Below are positions 9,278-19,462 of a stretch of 32,000 nt of DNA, piece after piece. Position numbers and translations under genes: made by a program. Source of the DNA: Geobacter metallireducens GS-15 (GTDB taxonomy: Bacteria; Desulfobacterota; Desulfuromonadia; Geobacterales; Geobacteraceae). Within the stretch, counting starts at the first letter, position 1, and each line of letters opens with the position of its first letter. The stretch lies in the NCBI RefSeq assembly GCF_000012925.1, contig NC_007517.1, positions 1,080,001 to 1,112,000 on the forward strand. Reading direction: 5' to 3'. Below the pieces are notes generated by a model. It was given only the letters and a program-made list of their open reading frames with translations. It had not been told where the DNA came from and made no database searches.

Positions 9278-9618
9278 AGAGTATTGTGGAGAGCGTCGGG
9301 GGTGGGCTCGGAGCTGTCATCATGGCAGACGACGGCATCGCCATCGACGAGTACTTGCTGGACGGTTCCGGCATGGACCTGAACCTGATGGCGGTGGAAT
9401 ATGCCTCCCTGCTCAAGGAGGTCAAGCGCATGGCTGACGTCCTCAAGACCGGCTCGCTGGAAGAAATGGCGGTGAATACCGGGCGGTCACAGGTCATCGT
9501 AAGGACTATCAACGATGAGCTGTTTATTGCCCTCATCCTCGGCCAGGACGGCAACTGCGGCAAGGGACGCTACCTGCTGCGCCGTGAAGTCTTCGGGCTG
9601 CGCGAGCGCCTTTCCTAG
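9256..9618 (+). CDS. Roadblock/LC7 (MglB-like) domain protein
   Basis: About 120 aa. The pattern [18 protein letters not shown]...[30 protein letters not shown] is typical of Roadblock/LC7 proteins. GTG 9256 follows a GGGAGGA RBS. The track start ATG 9226 is an alternative. Either start overlaps the end of the TPR gene. Confidence 0.75.
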   Translation: MPFSETLKSIVESVGGGLGAVIMADDGIAIDEYLLDGSGMDLNLMAVEYASLLKEVKRMADVLKTGSLEEMAVNTGRSQVIVRTINDELFIALILGQDGNCGKGRYLLRREVFGLRERLS

Positions 9619-9664
9619 CATCCGCGTCCGATCCATCCCTCTTACCTTGTTCATGGAGGCATCG

Positions 9665-10117
9665 ATGAACGTTCTTGTGGTTCACGGCCCGAACCTCAAT
9701 CTCCTCGGCACCCGGGAACCGGGAATTTATGGCGTCCTTACCCTGGACCGGATTAATGAGGAGATTTCCGCGCTGGCGGAAGAACTCGGCTGCTCGGTCT
9801 CCTTCTTCCAGTCCAACAGTGAAGGGGCGATCATCGATGCCATACAGCAGGCCTGCGGCGCCTGTGACGGAATTCTCATCAACCCGGCAGCCTATACCCA
9901 TACCAGTGTCGCCATCCGCGACGCCCTTGCCGCCGTGGCCCTTCCAGTCGTGGAAGTTCACCTGTCCAATATCCATCGCCGTGAGGAGTTCCGGCACCAC
10001 AGTTTCATTGCCCCGGTGGCAGTCGGCCAGATCGCCGGGTTCGGTGCCGACAGTTATCTGCTCGGACTACGTGCGCTTTTTACTTATATTAAAAAAGAGA
10101 TTGTCACCAAGGCGTGA
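9665..10117 (+). CDS. aroQ: 3-dehydroquinate dehydratase, type II
   Basis: [23 protein letters not shown]... and [17 protein letters not shown]...[17 protein letters not shown] are hallmark type II DHQase motifs. GGAGG RBS 5 nt upstream of ATG 9665. The 5' part of the track ORF (9515-) is rejected. Confidence 0.93.
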   Translation: MNVLVVHGPNLNLLGTREPGIYGVLTLDRINEEISALAEELGCSVSFFQSNSEGAIIDAIQQACGACDGILINPAAYTHTSVAIRDALAAVALPVVEVHLSNIHRREEFRHHSFIAPVAVGQIAGFGADSYLLGLRALFTYIKKEIVTKA

Positions 10118-10120
10118 AGC

Positions 10121-11194
10121 ATGTTACAAAACAGGATTATTAAAGCCCGAGGATGCGCGGAAAAACAGGATGTTGACGCGATTCTCTTTTTTAATCTGAG
10201 TAACGTCCGATACCTTGCCGGTTTCACCGGGAGTGACGGTGTTTTGGTTGTCGGCCGTGATTCGTGCTGGTTTCTGACGGATTCCCGCTACACGACCCAG
10301 GCGGCCCGTGAGGTGACGGGGTGTTCCACGGTTGAGTACCGCGTGAAGCTCGACGGCATCGCGGAGCTTTGTGCCAGCCAGGGATTCAGGCGGGTTGGCT
10401 TCGAGGCCGAACACACGACGGTCGCCCTCCTTACGGCCCTCACCACAAAGGTTTCCGGCGTGGAGTTCGTTCCCCTCGGGGAGGAGCTTGCTCCACTCCG
10501 TATCGTGAAGGATGCGGAAGAGATCGATCTGCTGGCCGAGACTGCCCGCATCGCCTCCGAAGCCCTGTTGGCGTCCCTTGACGGACTAAAGCCAGGGGTG
10601 GTCGAGCGCGAGTATGCTCTGGATCTTGAGTTCGCCATGCGGCGGGCAGGGACCGATGACAAATCGTTCGATTTCATCGTCGCTTCGGGCGAACGGGGTG
10701 CGCTTCCCCATGGCAGGGCCAGTACCAAGGTTATCGGGGCCGGCGAACTCGTCACCATTGATTTTGGCGCCATCTTTAGAGGATACCACTCCGACGAGAC
10801 GGTCACCGTCTGTGTCGGCGAGCCCGATGACCGGCAGCGGGAGATCTACGGCATTGTCAAGGAGGCCCATGATCGGGCTTTGGCTGCCGTGCGGCCGGGG
10901 GTGAGCTTCAAGGAGTTGGACGCCATTGCTCGCGGTTTTATCGAAGAGCGGGGATACGGGGCCTTTTTCGGCCACGGGCTTGGCCACGGGGTCGGGCTCG
11001 ATGTTCATGAAAAGCCGGTCGTTTCCCCCCGCGGCGAAGGAGTGGCGGAAGAGGGAATGGTTTTCACCATTGAGCCGGGCATCTACATCCCCCAGTGGGG
11101 CGGGGTGAGGATCGAGGATGCGGTTGCGGTCACCGGCAACGGATACCGCCTCCTCACCAGGGTGCCCAAGGAACTCATCATCTTGAATCCGTGA
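10121..11194 (+). CDS. Xaa-Pro aminopeptidase/dipeptidase (metallopeptidase family M24B)
   Basis: 357 aa. Creatinase-like N-domain plus a pita-bread fold with metal-ligand motifs (DFGAIFRGYHSD, HGLGHGVGLDVHE, FTIEPGIY, RIED). Confidence 0.9.
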   Translation: MLQNRIIKARGCAEKQDVDAILFFNLSNVRYLAGFTGSDGVLVVGRDSCWFLTDSRYTTQAAREVTGCSTVEYRVKLDGIAELCASQGFRRVGFEAEHTTVALLTALTTKVSGVEFVPLGEELAPLRIVKDAEEIDLLAETARIASEALLASLDGLKPGVVEREYALDLEFAMRRAGTDDKSFDFIVASGERGALPHGRASTKVIGAGELVTIDFGAIFRGYHSDETVTVCVGEPDDRQREIYGIVKEAHDRALAAVRPGVSFKELDAIARGFIEERGYGAFFGHGLGHGVGLDVHEKPVVSPRGEGVAEEGMVFTIEPGIYIPQWGGVRIEDAVAVTGNGYRLLTRVPKELIILNP

Positions 11195-11290
11195 GCCGGG
11201 AAGATGCCCCTCTTGGTTTACGGGGTTACTTTGTAATAACCGTCTGTTTGCCATCGAGGCCGGGCGGTATCTGCCAAAAGGAGAAAACGT

Positions 11291-11770
<480 letters not shown>

Positions 11771-11846
11771 CCCGAGACAACGGACGACACGTACGGGGAC
11801 GGCAACAAGCAGTCGCCCTTTCAACCCATGAGCGGAGATTTCGTAC

Positions 11847-13187
<1,341 letters not shown>

Positions 13188-13190
13188 GGT

Positions 13191-13589
13191 ATGGATTTTC
13201 CTGATGAACTGAAGTACAGCAAGGAACATGTATGGGTCAGGGTCGAGGGTGACCGTGCCGTGATCGGCATTACCGATTATGCCCAGGAGAGCCTCGGCAC
13301 CATCAGTGCCGTGGAGCTCCCGGCCGTCGGCGACGAGCTTGAGCAGGACGACTCCTTCGGCTCGGTGGAGGCCCGCAAGTGCCTGGCGGAGCTCTATGCG
13401 CCGGTCAGCGGCACCGTGGCCGAGGTTAATGACGAGCTGGAGTCGGCCCCGGAAATCCTGAACGACGACCCCTACGATGGCGGCTGGATCGCGGTGGTGG
13501 AACTTGCCGACCCCGAGGAGTTGAAATCCCTTCTGTCGGCAGAGGACTATGCCGAATCCGTAAGCCAGGAAGACGAAGAAGACGAATAG
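13191..13589 (+). CDS. gcvH: Glycine-cleavage H-protein-like lipoyl carrier (paralog-type context)
   Basis: 132 aa. YSKEHVWVRVEGDRAVIGITDYAQ..LG.I..VELP and SVEARKCLAELYAPVSG. The Lys lies 6 residues before YAPVSG, the same spacing as the lipoyl-Lys in ESVKAASDIYAPVSG of E. coli GcvH. Starts 3 nt after the accC stop. Confidence 0.85.
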   Translation: MDFPDELKYSKEHVWVRVEGDRAVIGITDYAQESLGTISAVELPAVGDELEQDDSFGSVEARKCLAELYAPVSGTVAEVNDELESAPEILNDDPYDGGWIAVVELADPEELKSLLSAEDYAESVSQEDEEDE

Positions 13590-13615
13590 CCACAATCAGG
13601 TTCAGATGCAGGCGA

Positions 13616-13647
13616 AGGCGAGATTACCTATCTCGCCTTTGTTTTTG
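13616..13647 (+). terminator. Rho-independent terminator after the gcvH-like gene
   Basis: AAGGCGAGAT-tacct-ATCTCGCCTT perfect 10-bp stem followed by TGTTTTT. Confidence 0.65.
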
Positions 13648-13682
13648 AGCAATTCATTTCATGATGCAGGAGCGGTGTCACC

Positions 13683-14519
13683 ATGTCACTCACCATAGGT
13701 CACATAGAATACTCCAACTGCACCCCCATATTCACGGCGCTGCAACGCAGTATGGATTGTAGCGGCTACAGCTTTGTCCGGGGGGTGCCGGCACACCTGA
13801 ACCGGTTGCTTGCCATGGGGGAAATCGATGTCTGCCCGTCATCGTCCATCGAGTACGGGAAATATCCCGACCGCTATCTTGTTCTCCCCGATCTTTCCAT
13901 CAGCGCGGTGGGGCCGGTGAAAAGCGTCCTCCTCTTTTCCCGCGTGCCACTGGAGCGCCTTGATGGTGCCGTTATCGGCATGACGACGGAGTCCGACACG
14001 TCGGTAAATCTCCTCAGGATAATTCTCACCACATTCCAGGGTTTCACGAACAGTTTCGAGCGGACCCCGCTTCCCCTGGCTGAGGCCCTCGACTCCTATC
14101 CGGCCCTTCTCCTCATCGGTGACAGAGCCCTCAAGGGGGCGCTGACAGGGGGGGGGTACCACATTTACGACCTCGGCGATCTGTGGTACCGGGCAACGGG
14201 GCTCCCCTTCGTCTTTGCCCTCTGGTTGCTGCGGAGAGAGGCTGCGGAGAACAAGCCCCACGAGGTTGCACGGCTCGCCGTCGATGTTGCCCGGGCGAAG
14301 CGGATCGCCTACGACTCCTATCCAGAGATAGCCGCCCAAGCGCCGGAGCGGGAGTGGATCGACAGTGCGGTGCTGGTCGACTATTGGCGGACCATTTCCT
14401 ACGATCTTACTCCTGCACATCTCAAGGGGGTGCGGCTCTTCTACAATTATGCCGCCAGCCTCGGGGTGCTCCCTGCTGCTCCGGACGTGCGGCTCTATGG
14501 AGAGAGTGGTGGCGTGTGA
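13683..14519 (+). CDS. mqnA: MqnA-family protein (chorismate dehydratase-like, futalosine menaquinone pathway)
   Basis: 278 aa. Family-typical pattern: IGHIEYSNCTPIF, LLAMGEIDVCPSSSIEY, ISAVGPVKSVLLFS, ESDTSVNLLRIIL, LLLIGDRAL, YDLGDLWYRATGLPFVFALW. AGGAG RBS. It could be an MqnA paralog rather than the bona fide enzyme. Confidence 0.7.
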   Translation: MSLTIGHIEYSNCTPIFTALQRSMDCSGYSFVRGVPAHLNRLLAMGEIDVCPSSSIEYGKYPDRYLVLPDLSISAVGPVKSVLLFSRVPLERLDGAVIGMTTESDTSVNLLRIILTTFQGFTNSFERTPLPLAEALDSYPALLLIGDRALKGALTGGGYHIYDLGDLWYRATGLPFVFALWLLRREAAENKPHEVARLAVDVARAKRIAYDSYPEIAAQAPEREWIDSAVLVDYWRTISYDLTPAHLKGVRLFYNYAASLGVLPAAPDVRLYGESGGV

Positions 14520-14537
14520 TTTGCATGCAAGCACCCC

Positions 14538-16919
14538 ATGGGCCTCGATACTTCATGGAAATCAGATTGGTTTGACGTCGCAGTACGCCGCCTGAGAGGG
14601 GCTTCGGATAAACTGGAATTAAAGAAAACACAACGGTTGGAAGAGGCGAAGTCCCGCACTCACATCGTTGTCAGAACGCGCTGGATCCTTCTCTCGTTTG
14701 TGGGCGTTTACTGTGTAATGGCCGGCGGTTTCTTCTATTTCAGCCGATTTGGCCTTTTTTTGTCACCATCGCAACACATACTCCTTCTTGCCGCTCTTGC
14801 CGCGGTTGTTTGCTACAACCTGCTGCTTCAGTTTTCCCGCGACCGCCTTGCCCGTGGTTTCCGCCTTCTCAATTTCCTCCAGATTATCCTCGACCTTGTC
14901 CTGGTGTCGGTGCTGATCCATACGAGCGGCGGAGCAGCCAGCTGGTTCTGGCCCGCATACCTGTTCGTCACCATAGAGGCATCCTTCCTCATCGAAGATC
15001 GTCGTGAAGTCTGGCTCGTGGGTGGACTTGGCGGCCTTCTCTACGGAGCGGTGCTGGTGCTCGAGCATTTGAACATCGTTCCCTATGTGCGGATGCCCTT
15101 CGTGGGCTCCGAGCTCCACCACGATCATCTGTATCTGCTCCTGACCTGGCTCTGGGTTTCGCTGCTCAATGCTGCCATGGCGGCCATAGCCTCTTATTTC
15201 ATGACGGTTATCCGTCGGGAAACCGACGCGGTCCGTGAGGGGGAGGAGCGGCTCGCCACATTCCTCGACACGGCCAATGACCTGATCCACAGTGTGACCC
15301 CGGATGGTCGGCTCCTCTATGTGAACGAAGCCTGGCAGCGGACCCTTGGCTATTCGGCTGAAGAGGCGGACGCGGTTCCTTTCTTCGATATCCTCCATCC
15401 CGACAGCCGCGAGCAATGCTGCGCCGAACTGCAGCGGGTTGTTTCCGGTGATGCCCTGAGCCCAATGGAGGCGGTTTTCACGGCGAAGGACGGCCGTTCA
15501 GTCATCGTGGAGGGGAGCCTCTCCTGCGCTCACGGAGGGGACGAATCCTCGGTCATCTGGAGCATCTGCCGCGACATCACGGAACGGAAGCATGCCGAGG
15601 AGCAGCTCTATCGGCTCGCCCACCACGATACCCTCACGGGGCTGCCGAACCGGATTCTCTTCATGGATCGGCTCCAGCAGGCCAAGGCCCTGGCGAACCG
15701 CTACCGTTACCAGGTTGCGGTCCTGTTCCTTGACCTCGACCGCTTCAAGATCATTAACGACACCCTCGGGCATCCCGTGGGGGATCACCTTTTGCAGCAG
15801 GTGGCCCACCGGATCGCGGGATGCGTGCGGGAAGTCGATACCGTGGCGCGCATCGGCGGCGACGAGTTCACCATCATTCTCGTGAATGTCGACACCGTCG
15901 AGGACGTAAAGAGAATGGGGCAGAAGATTCTGAAGACGCTCGCCGCCCCCTTCAATATCGACACCCATGAGCTTTTCGTCACGGCGAGCATCGGCATCTC
16001 CCTCTTTCCCTCCGATGGCGATAACCTGGACCAACTGGTGAAGAAGGCCGATATCGCCATGTATTGCGTGAAAGGGGAGGGGAGGAATAACGTTCAGTTC
16101 TATTCTCCCCAGATGGACGCCAACGCCGACAAGCGGCTACTGCTGGAAACGAGCCTGCGCAAGGCCCTCGACAACAGGGAGTTCAGGGTCTACTACCAGC
16201 CAAAGGTTGACATCGTCTCCAAGAGAATTACCGCCATGGAAGCACTGATACGATGGGATCACCCAATTCTGGGGCTCGTTTCGCCCGGGGAGTTCATTCC
16301 CCTGGCCGAAGAGACGGGACTCATCATCCCGATAGGTGAGTGGGTGCTCCGGGCCGCCTGCTTCCAGAACTGCGAGTGGGTCAGGCAGGGAATCCCCCCC
16401 ATGCGGGTGGCGGTGAATCTCTCCGGCTATCAGTTCCAGCAGAAGAACCTTCTGGAAACGATCCGGGGAATCCTGGACGAAACCGGGCTTACCGCGGATC
16501 TCCTGGAGCTTGAGATCACCGAGAGCGTCATCATGCAGAACCCGGACTTCGCCGTGTCGGTGCTCAACCAGTTGAGGGATCTCGGGGTCCACATCTCCAT
16601 CGACGATTTCGGCATCGGCTATTCTTCCCTGGCGCACCTGAAGCGGTTCTCGGTCAATACGCTCAAGATCGACAAGTCATTCGTGCGGGATGTGGAGATC
16701 AACTCGGCCGACGCCGCCATTGCCACGGCCATCATCGCCATGGGGAACAGTCTCAACCTGAAGGTCATCGCCGAGGGGGTCGAGACGGAGGGGCAGCTAT
16801 CGTTTCTCTCCGACAACAAGTGCGACGAGGTGCAGGGATACCTCTTCAGCACCCCGATGCCGCCGGAGAAGGTCGCCGAGTTCATGCGGGAGCATGGGAG
16901 ATCGGCCGGAAGGGGGTAG
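14538..16919 (+). CDS. Integral-membrane PAS-GGDEF-EAL protein (c-di-GMP turnover)
   Basis: 793 aa. About 6 hydrophobic helices in the first 230 aa and a PAS-like segment (FLDTANDLIHSVTPDGRLLYVNEAWQRTLGY). The GGDEF domain has an intact RIGGDEF and an RxxD I-site (REVD, 5 residues upstream). The EAL domain has EALIRW, EITES, DDFGIGYSS, KIDKSF, EGVETEGQ and QGY. Confidence 0.92.
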   Translation: MGLDTSWKSDWFDVAVRRLRGASDKLELKKTQRLEEAKSRTHIVVRTRWILLSFVGVYCVMAGGFFYFSRFGLFLSPSQHILLLAALAAVVCYNLLLQFSRDRLARGFRLLNFLQIILDLVLVSVLIHTSGGAASWFWPAYLFVTIEASFLIEDRREVWLVGGLGGLLYGAVLVLEHLNIVPYVRMPFVGSELHHDHLYLLLTWLWVSLLNAAMAAIASYFMTVIRRETDAVREGEERLATFLDTANDLIHSVTPDGRLLYVNEAWQRTLGYSAEEADAVPFFDILHPDSREQCCAELQRVVSGDALSPMEAVFTAKDGRSVIVEGSLSCAHGGDESSVIWSICRDITERKHAEEQLYRLAHHDTLTGLPNRILFMDRLQQAKALANRYRYQVAVLFLDLDRFKIINDTLGHPVGDHLLQQVAHRIAGCVREVDTVARIGGDEFTIILVNVDTVEDVKRMGQKILKTLAAPFNIDTHELFVTASIGISLFPSDGDNLDQLVKKADIAMYCVKGEGRNNVQFYSPQMDANADKRLLLETSLRKALDNREFRVYYQPKVDIVSKRITAMEALIRWDHPILGLVSPGEFIPLAEETGLIIPIGEWVLRAACFQNCEWVRQGIPPMRVAVNLSGYQFQQKNLLETIRGILDETGLTADLLELEITESVIMQNPDFAVSVLNQLRDLGVHISIDDFGIGYSSLAHLKRFSVNTLKIDKSFVRDVEINSADAAIATAIIAMGNSLNLKVIAEGVETEGQLSFLSDNKCDEVQGYLFSTPMPPEKVAEFMREHGRSAGRG

Positions 16920-16921
16920 GA

Positions 16922-17374
16922 TCAGGCGGAGGAGCGTTCGCGGAAGCGGAGATAGTCGTCGAGAATCCTGCGGTGGTCGAAGCAGAGTTCTGAGGGGAGA
17001 TCGTTTAAGGGAAAGACCGCGAGGTTGGCGGCATCGTCGGCTGCGGCGGGAACGCCCGATGCCTCGGCCACGTACACGGTGGATATGGTGTGCTGGCGGG
17101 GGTCCCTGGCCGGGTCAGAGTAACAGCCGAGAAGGCGCAGGTTGGTCACGTGGAGGGATGTCTCCTCCAGTGCTTCGCGCATGGCGGCCGCTTCGAGGGT
17201 TTCTCCGTAATCCACGAAGCCGCCGGGGAGCGCCCATCCCCTGGGCTCGTTTTTTCGTTCGATCAACACGATTCCCCCCGCCGTCTCGATGATGATGTCG
17301 ACGGTGGGAACGGGGTTGCGGTAGCGCTTGACCTCTGCTCCGCAACGGGGGCAGGTGAGGTGATCGAAGGACAT
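16922..17374 (-). CDS. NUDIX hydrolase with an N-terminal CxxC element
   Basis: 150 aa. Nudix box [24 protein letters not shown] and N-terminal CPRCG. Its stop lies 2 nt from the stop of the convergent GGDEF-EAL gene. Confidence 0.9.
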   Translation of the reverse strand: MSFDHLTCPRCGAEVKRYRNPVPTVDIIIETAGGIVLIERKNEPRGWALPGGFVDYGETLEAAAMREALEETSLHVTNLRLLGCYSDPARDPRQHTISTVYVAEASGVPAAADDAANLAVFPLNDLPSELCFDHRRILDDYLRFRERSSA

Positions 17375-17383
17375 GGGAGCCTC

Positions 17384-17416
17384 GAAAAAGAAAAGGGAGG
17401 AACGAGTCCTCCCTTT
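17384..17416 (-). terminator. Rho-independent terminator downstream of the PxxKW gene (minus strand)
   Basis: On the minus strand AAAGGGAGGA-ctcgt-TCCTCCCTTT is followed by TCTTTTT. It sits between the PxxKW stop (17444) and the NUDIX start (17374). Confidence 0.6.
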
Positions 17417-17443
17417 TCCGGTTCTTGGAGAGCAGTGGAAGGA

Positions 17444-17740
17444 TTACTTCTTTTTGCCGCCACCGCCGGAGGCCTTCTTGGAGGCCTTGAGGGGGTTCAC
17501 CTTCAGTTCTTCGCTGGCGATTTCGACCTTCACGTGGGTGGCGAAGTTGCAGATGCCCGCGGACCACTTCTTGACGGGTGCCGGGTAGGCGCTGCAGACC
17601 TTGCCGATGCTCCCGTCGACAACGCGCTCACATCCTTCGCAGTTTTCAACCACAATCTGGCAGGAACCGCCGGTGAAGATGCAACCCTGCTTTCCCCAGA
17701 AGGTACACTCGGTACCGGGAAGAACTGTTTGACACTGCAT
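17444..17740 (-). CDS. Small cysteine-rich protein, PxxKW-type (8 Cys, Lys-rich tail), function unknown
   Basis: 98 aa starting MQCQTVLPGTEC... after a strong AGGAGGA RBS 7 nt upstream. Cys at residues 3, 12, 20, 27, 34, 37, 49 and 64. P-V-K-K-W at 55-59. C-terminal tail KASKKASGGGGKKK. The longer track ORF (to 17839) has no RBS and is rejected. Confidence 0.8.
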   Translation of the reverse strand: MQCQTVLPGTECTFWGKQGCIFTGGSCQIVVENCEGCERVVDGSIGKVCSAYPAPVKKWSAGICNFATHVKVEIASEELKVNPLKASKKASGGGGKKK

Positions 17741-17777
17741 ACTGAATCCTCCTGAATCGTTTTGTTCCCTAGAACTG

Positions 17778-17807
17778 TCTATTAGCCAATCTAGCAATTT
17801 CAAAAGA
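17778..17807 (-). promoter_or_regulatory. Putative sigma70-type promoter for the PxxKW gene
   Basis: On the minus strand: TTGACT, an 18-nt spacer, then TAGATT, about 40 nt upstream of the ATG. Sequence match only. Confidence 0.4.
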
Positions 17808-18033
17808 AAAAAGTCAACTGTAAAATCCCCGGCGCACAATGCCTCAAAAGGCCCGTCGATCCGACCTTTCCAATATCTGTGACCGTAAAAGGAGGACCTC
17901 GTTTAAAGGGAGGTCGGGGGGTACGAATTCAGACTCGGCAGGGTTGACTCGCCACGGGGTATGTATTAGGCTTTCACTGCATGAAAAATCGGGTCTCCGC
18001 CCCATGCGGAGCCATTTCCCCAAGGGAGGGACA

Positions 18034-19452
18034 ATGCATCGAATCGCTTTCGGCACGTCGGGTTGGCGCGGCATCCTCTGCGAGGATTTCACCTTCGAGA
18101 ATGTTAAGGTAGTGACCCAGGCCATTGCCGATCACGTGACGTCTATCGGCGAGAAGGAGAAGGGGATCATCGTCGCCTACGATACCCGTTTCATGGGGGA
18201 GCGTTTTGCCAAGGAAACCGCCCGGGTCCTGGCCGGCGCCGGCATCAAGGCCTATGTCTGCAAGCGCGACACGCCGACCCCGGTGGTCTCCCACGAGATT
18301 CTGCGGCGCAAGGCTGCCGGAGCCATCAATTTTACCGCCAGCCACAATCCCCCCGAGTACAACGGTATCAAGTTTTCTCCCTCTTGGGCCGGCCCCGCTC
18401 TCCCCGAGACCACCAAGGACATCGAGCGGCGGGCCAACGAGATGCTGGGCGAGGTCTGCTACCGGGAAGTGGCCCTGGACGAGGCGGCCCGCGCCGGGCT
18501 CGTGGAGGAGATCGACCCGCGGGAGACCTATCTGGCAGATATTGAGACGAAGGTCGACTTCACCGCCATCGCCTCCCTCGGGACCATCGCCGTGAACGTT
18601 CTCTACGGCACCGCCCGGGGCTATCTGGACGAGCCCCTCATGAAGCACGGGGCGAAGATCAAAACCCTCAATATGCATCCCGACCCCTACTTTGGTGGTT
18701 TTCCCCCCGAGCCCTCCGAGAAATACATTCAGGACTTCATCGGGTTGGTAAAAAGTGACCCGGCGGTGAAGCTGGGGATTGCCACCGACGGCGACGCTGA
18801 CCGCTTCGGCATCGTTGATGCTGACGGTTCCTTTATCGAGCCCAACTACATCATTGCGCTGCTCTTCGACTACCTGGTGCGGGTCCGGAAGATGACCGGC
18901 GCCGTTGCCCGCAGCGTGGCCACTTCGCACCTGATCGACGCCGTGGCGAAGAAGCACGGCATCGAGGTAATCGAGACGCCGGTGGGCTTCAAGTACGTGG
19001 GCGAGCTGATCAGCCAGGACCGCATCATCATCGGCGGCGAGGAGAGCGCCGGTCTTTCCATCAAAGGGCACGTGCCGGAGAAGGACGGCATCCTTGCCTG
19101 CTTCCTTGTGGCTGAGATGGTTGCCCGGGAGGGGCTGTCGGTGAAGGCCCTGCTGGAGCGACTCTACGGCGAGGTGGGGAGATTCTTGACGAAACGGGAG
19201 AACATTACCCTCTCGCCGGTCCTGGAAGCCGGGTATGCCGACAAGCAGCGGCAGGCCCCGGCGGAGTTTGCCGGCCTGAAGGTGAAAGACATGGTGACCG
19301 TGGACGGGAGCAAGTTCATCCTGGAGGACGGCAGCTGGCTCCTGTTCCGCAAATCGGGGACCGAGCCGGTGGTCCGGCTCTACGGCGAGGCGTCCAGCGA
19401 GGAGAAACTGGCTGCGGTCATGGCGGCGGGGAAGGCGTTCATTCTGGGGTGA
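18034..19452 (+). CDS. Phosphoglucomutase/phosphomannomutase family (alpha-D-phosphohexomutase)
   Basis: 472 aa from MHRIAFGTSGWRG. AGGGAGGG RBS upstream. Motifs: phosphoserine loop FTASHNPPEYNGIKF, metal loop ATDGDADRFG, sugar loop GGEESAG, phosphate loop RKSGTEPVVRLY. The 5' extension in the track (17839-) is rejected. Confidence 0.9.
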   Translation: MHRIAFGTSGWRGILCEDFTFENVKVVTQAIADHVTSIGEKEKGIIVAYDTRFMGERFAKETARVLAGAGIKAYVCKRDTPTPVVSHEILRRKAAGAINFTASHNPPEYNGIKFSPSWAGPALPETTKDIERRANEMLGEVCYREVALDEAARAGLVEEIDPRETYLADIETKVDFTAIASLGTIAVNVLYGTARGYLDEPLMKHGAKIKTLNMHPDPYFGGFPPEPSEKYIQDFIGLVKSDPAVKLGIATDGDADRFGIVDADGSFIEPNYIIALLFDYLVRVRKMTGAVARSVATSHLIDAVAKKHGIEVIETPVGFKYVGELISQDRIIIGGEESAGLSIKGHVPEKDGILACFLVAEMVAREGLSVKALLERLYGEVGRFLTKRENITLSPVLEAGYADKQRQAPAEFAGLKVKDMVTVDGSKFILEDGSWLLFRKSGTEPVVRLYGEASSEEKLAAVMAAGKAFILG

Positions 19453-19462
19453 GGCACTGCAG

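Noticed and set aside
11213-11241. BirA operator-like half-sites upstream of accB (GGTTTAC ... TTGTAATAACC)
   Set aside because: The half-sites are everted and spaced about 9 nt apart, rather than the TTGTAAACC-N14-16-GGTTTACAA arrangement. One half is also degenerate, so the match is probably chance.
17741-18033. Possible c-di-GMP/cGAMP (GEMM) riboswitch or other structured leader in the 293-nt divergent spacer between the PxxKW and phosphohexomutase genes
   Set aside because: I found only short hairpins (GACCTC..GAGGTC and CTCCGC-cccat-GCGGAG) and promoter-like hexamers. The conserved GEMM-I blocks are not present.
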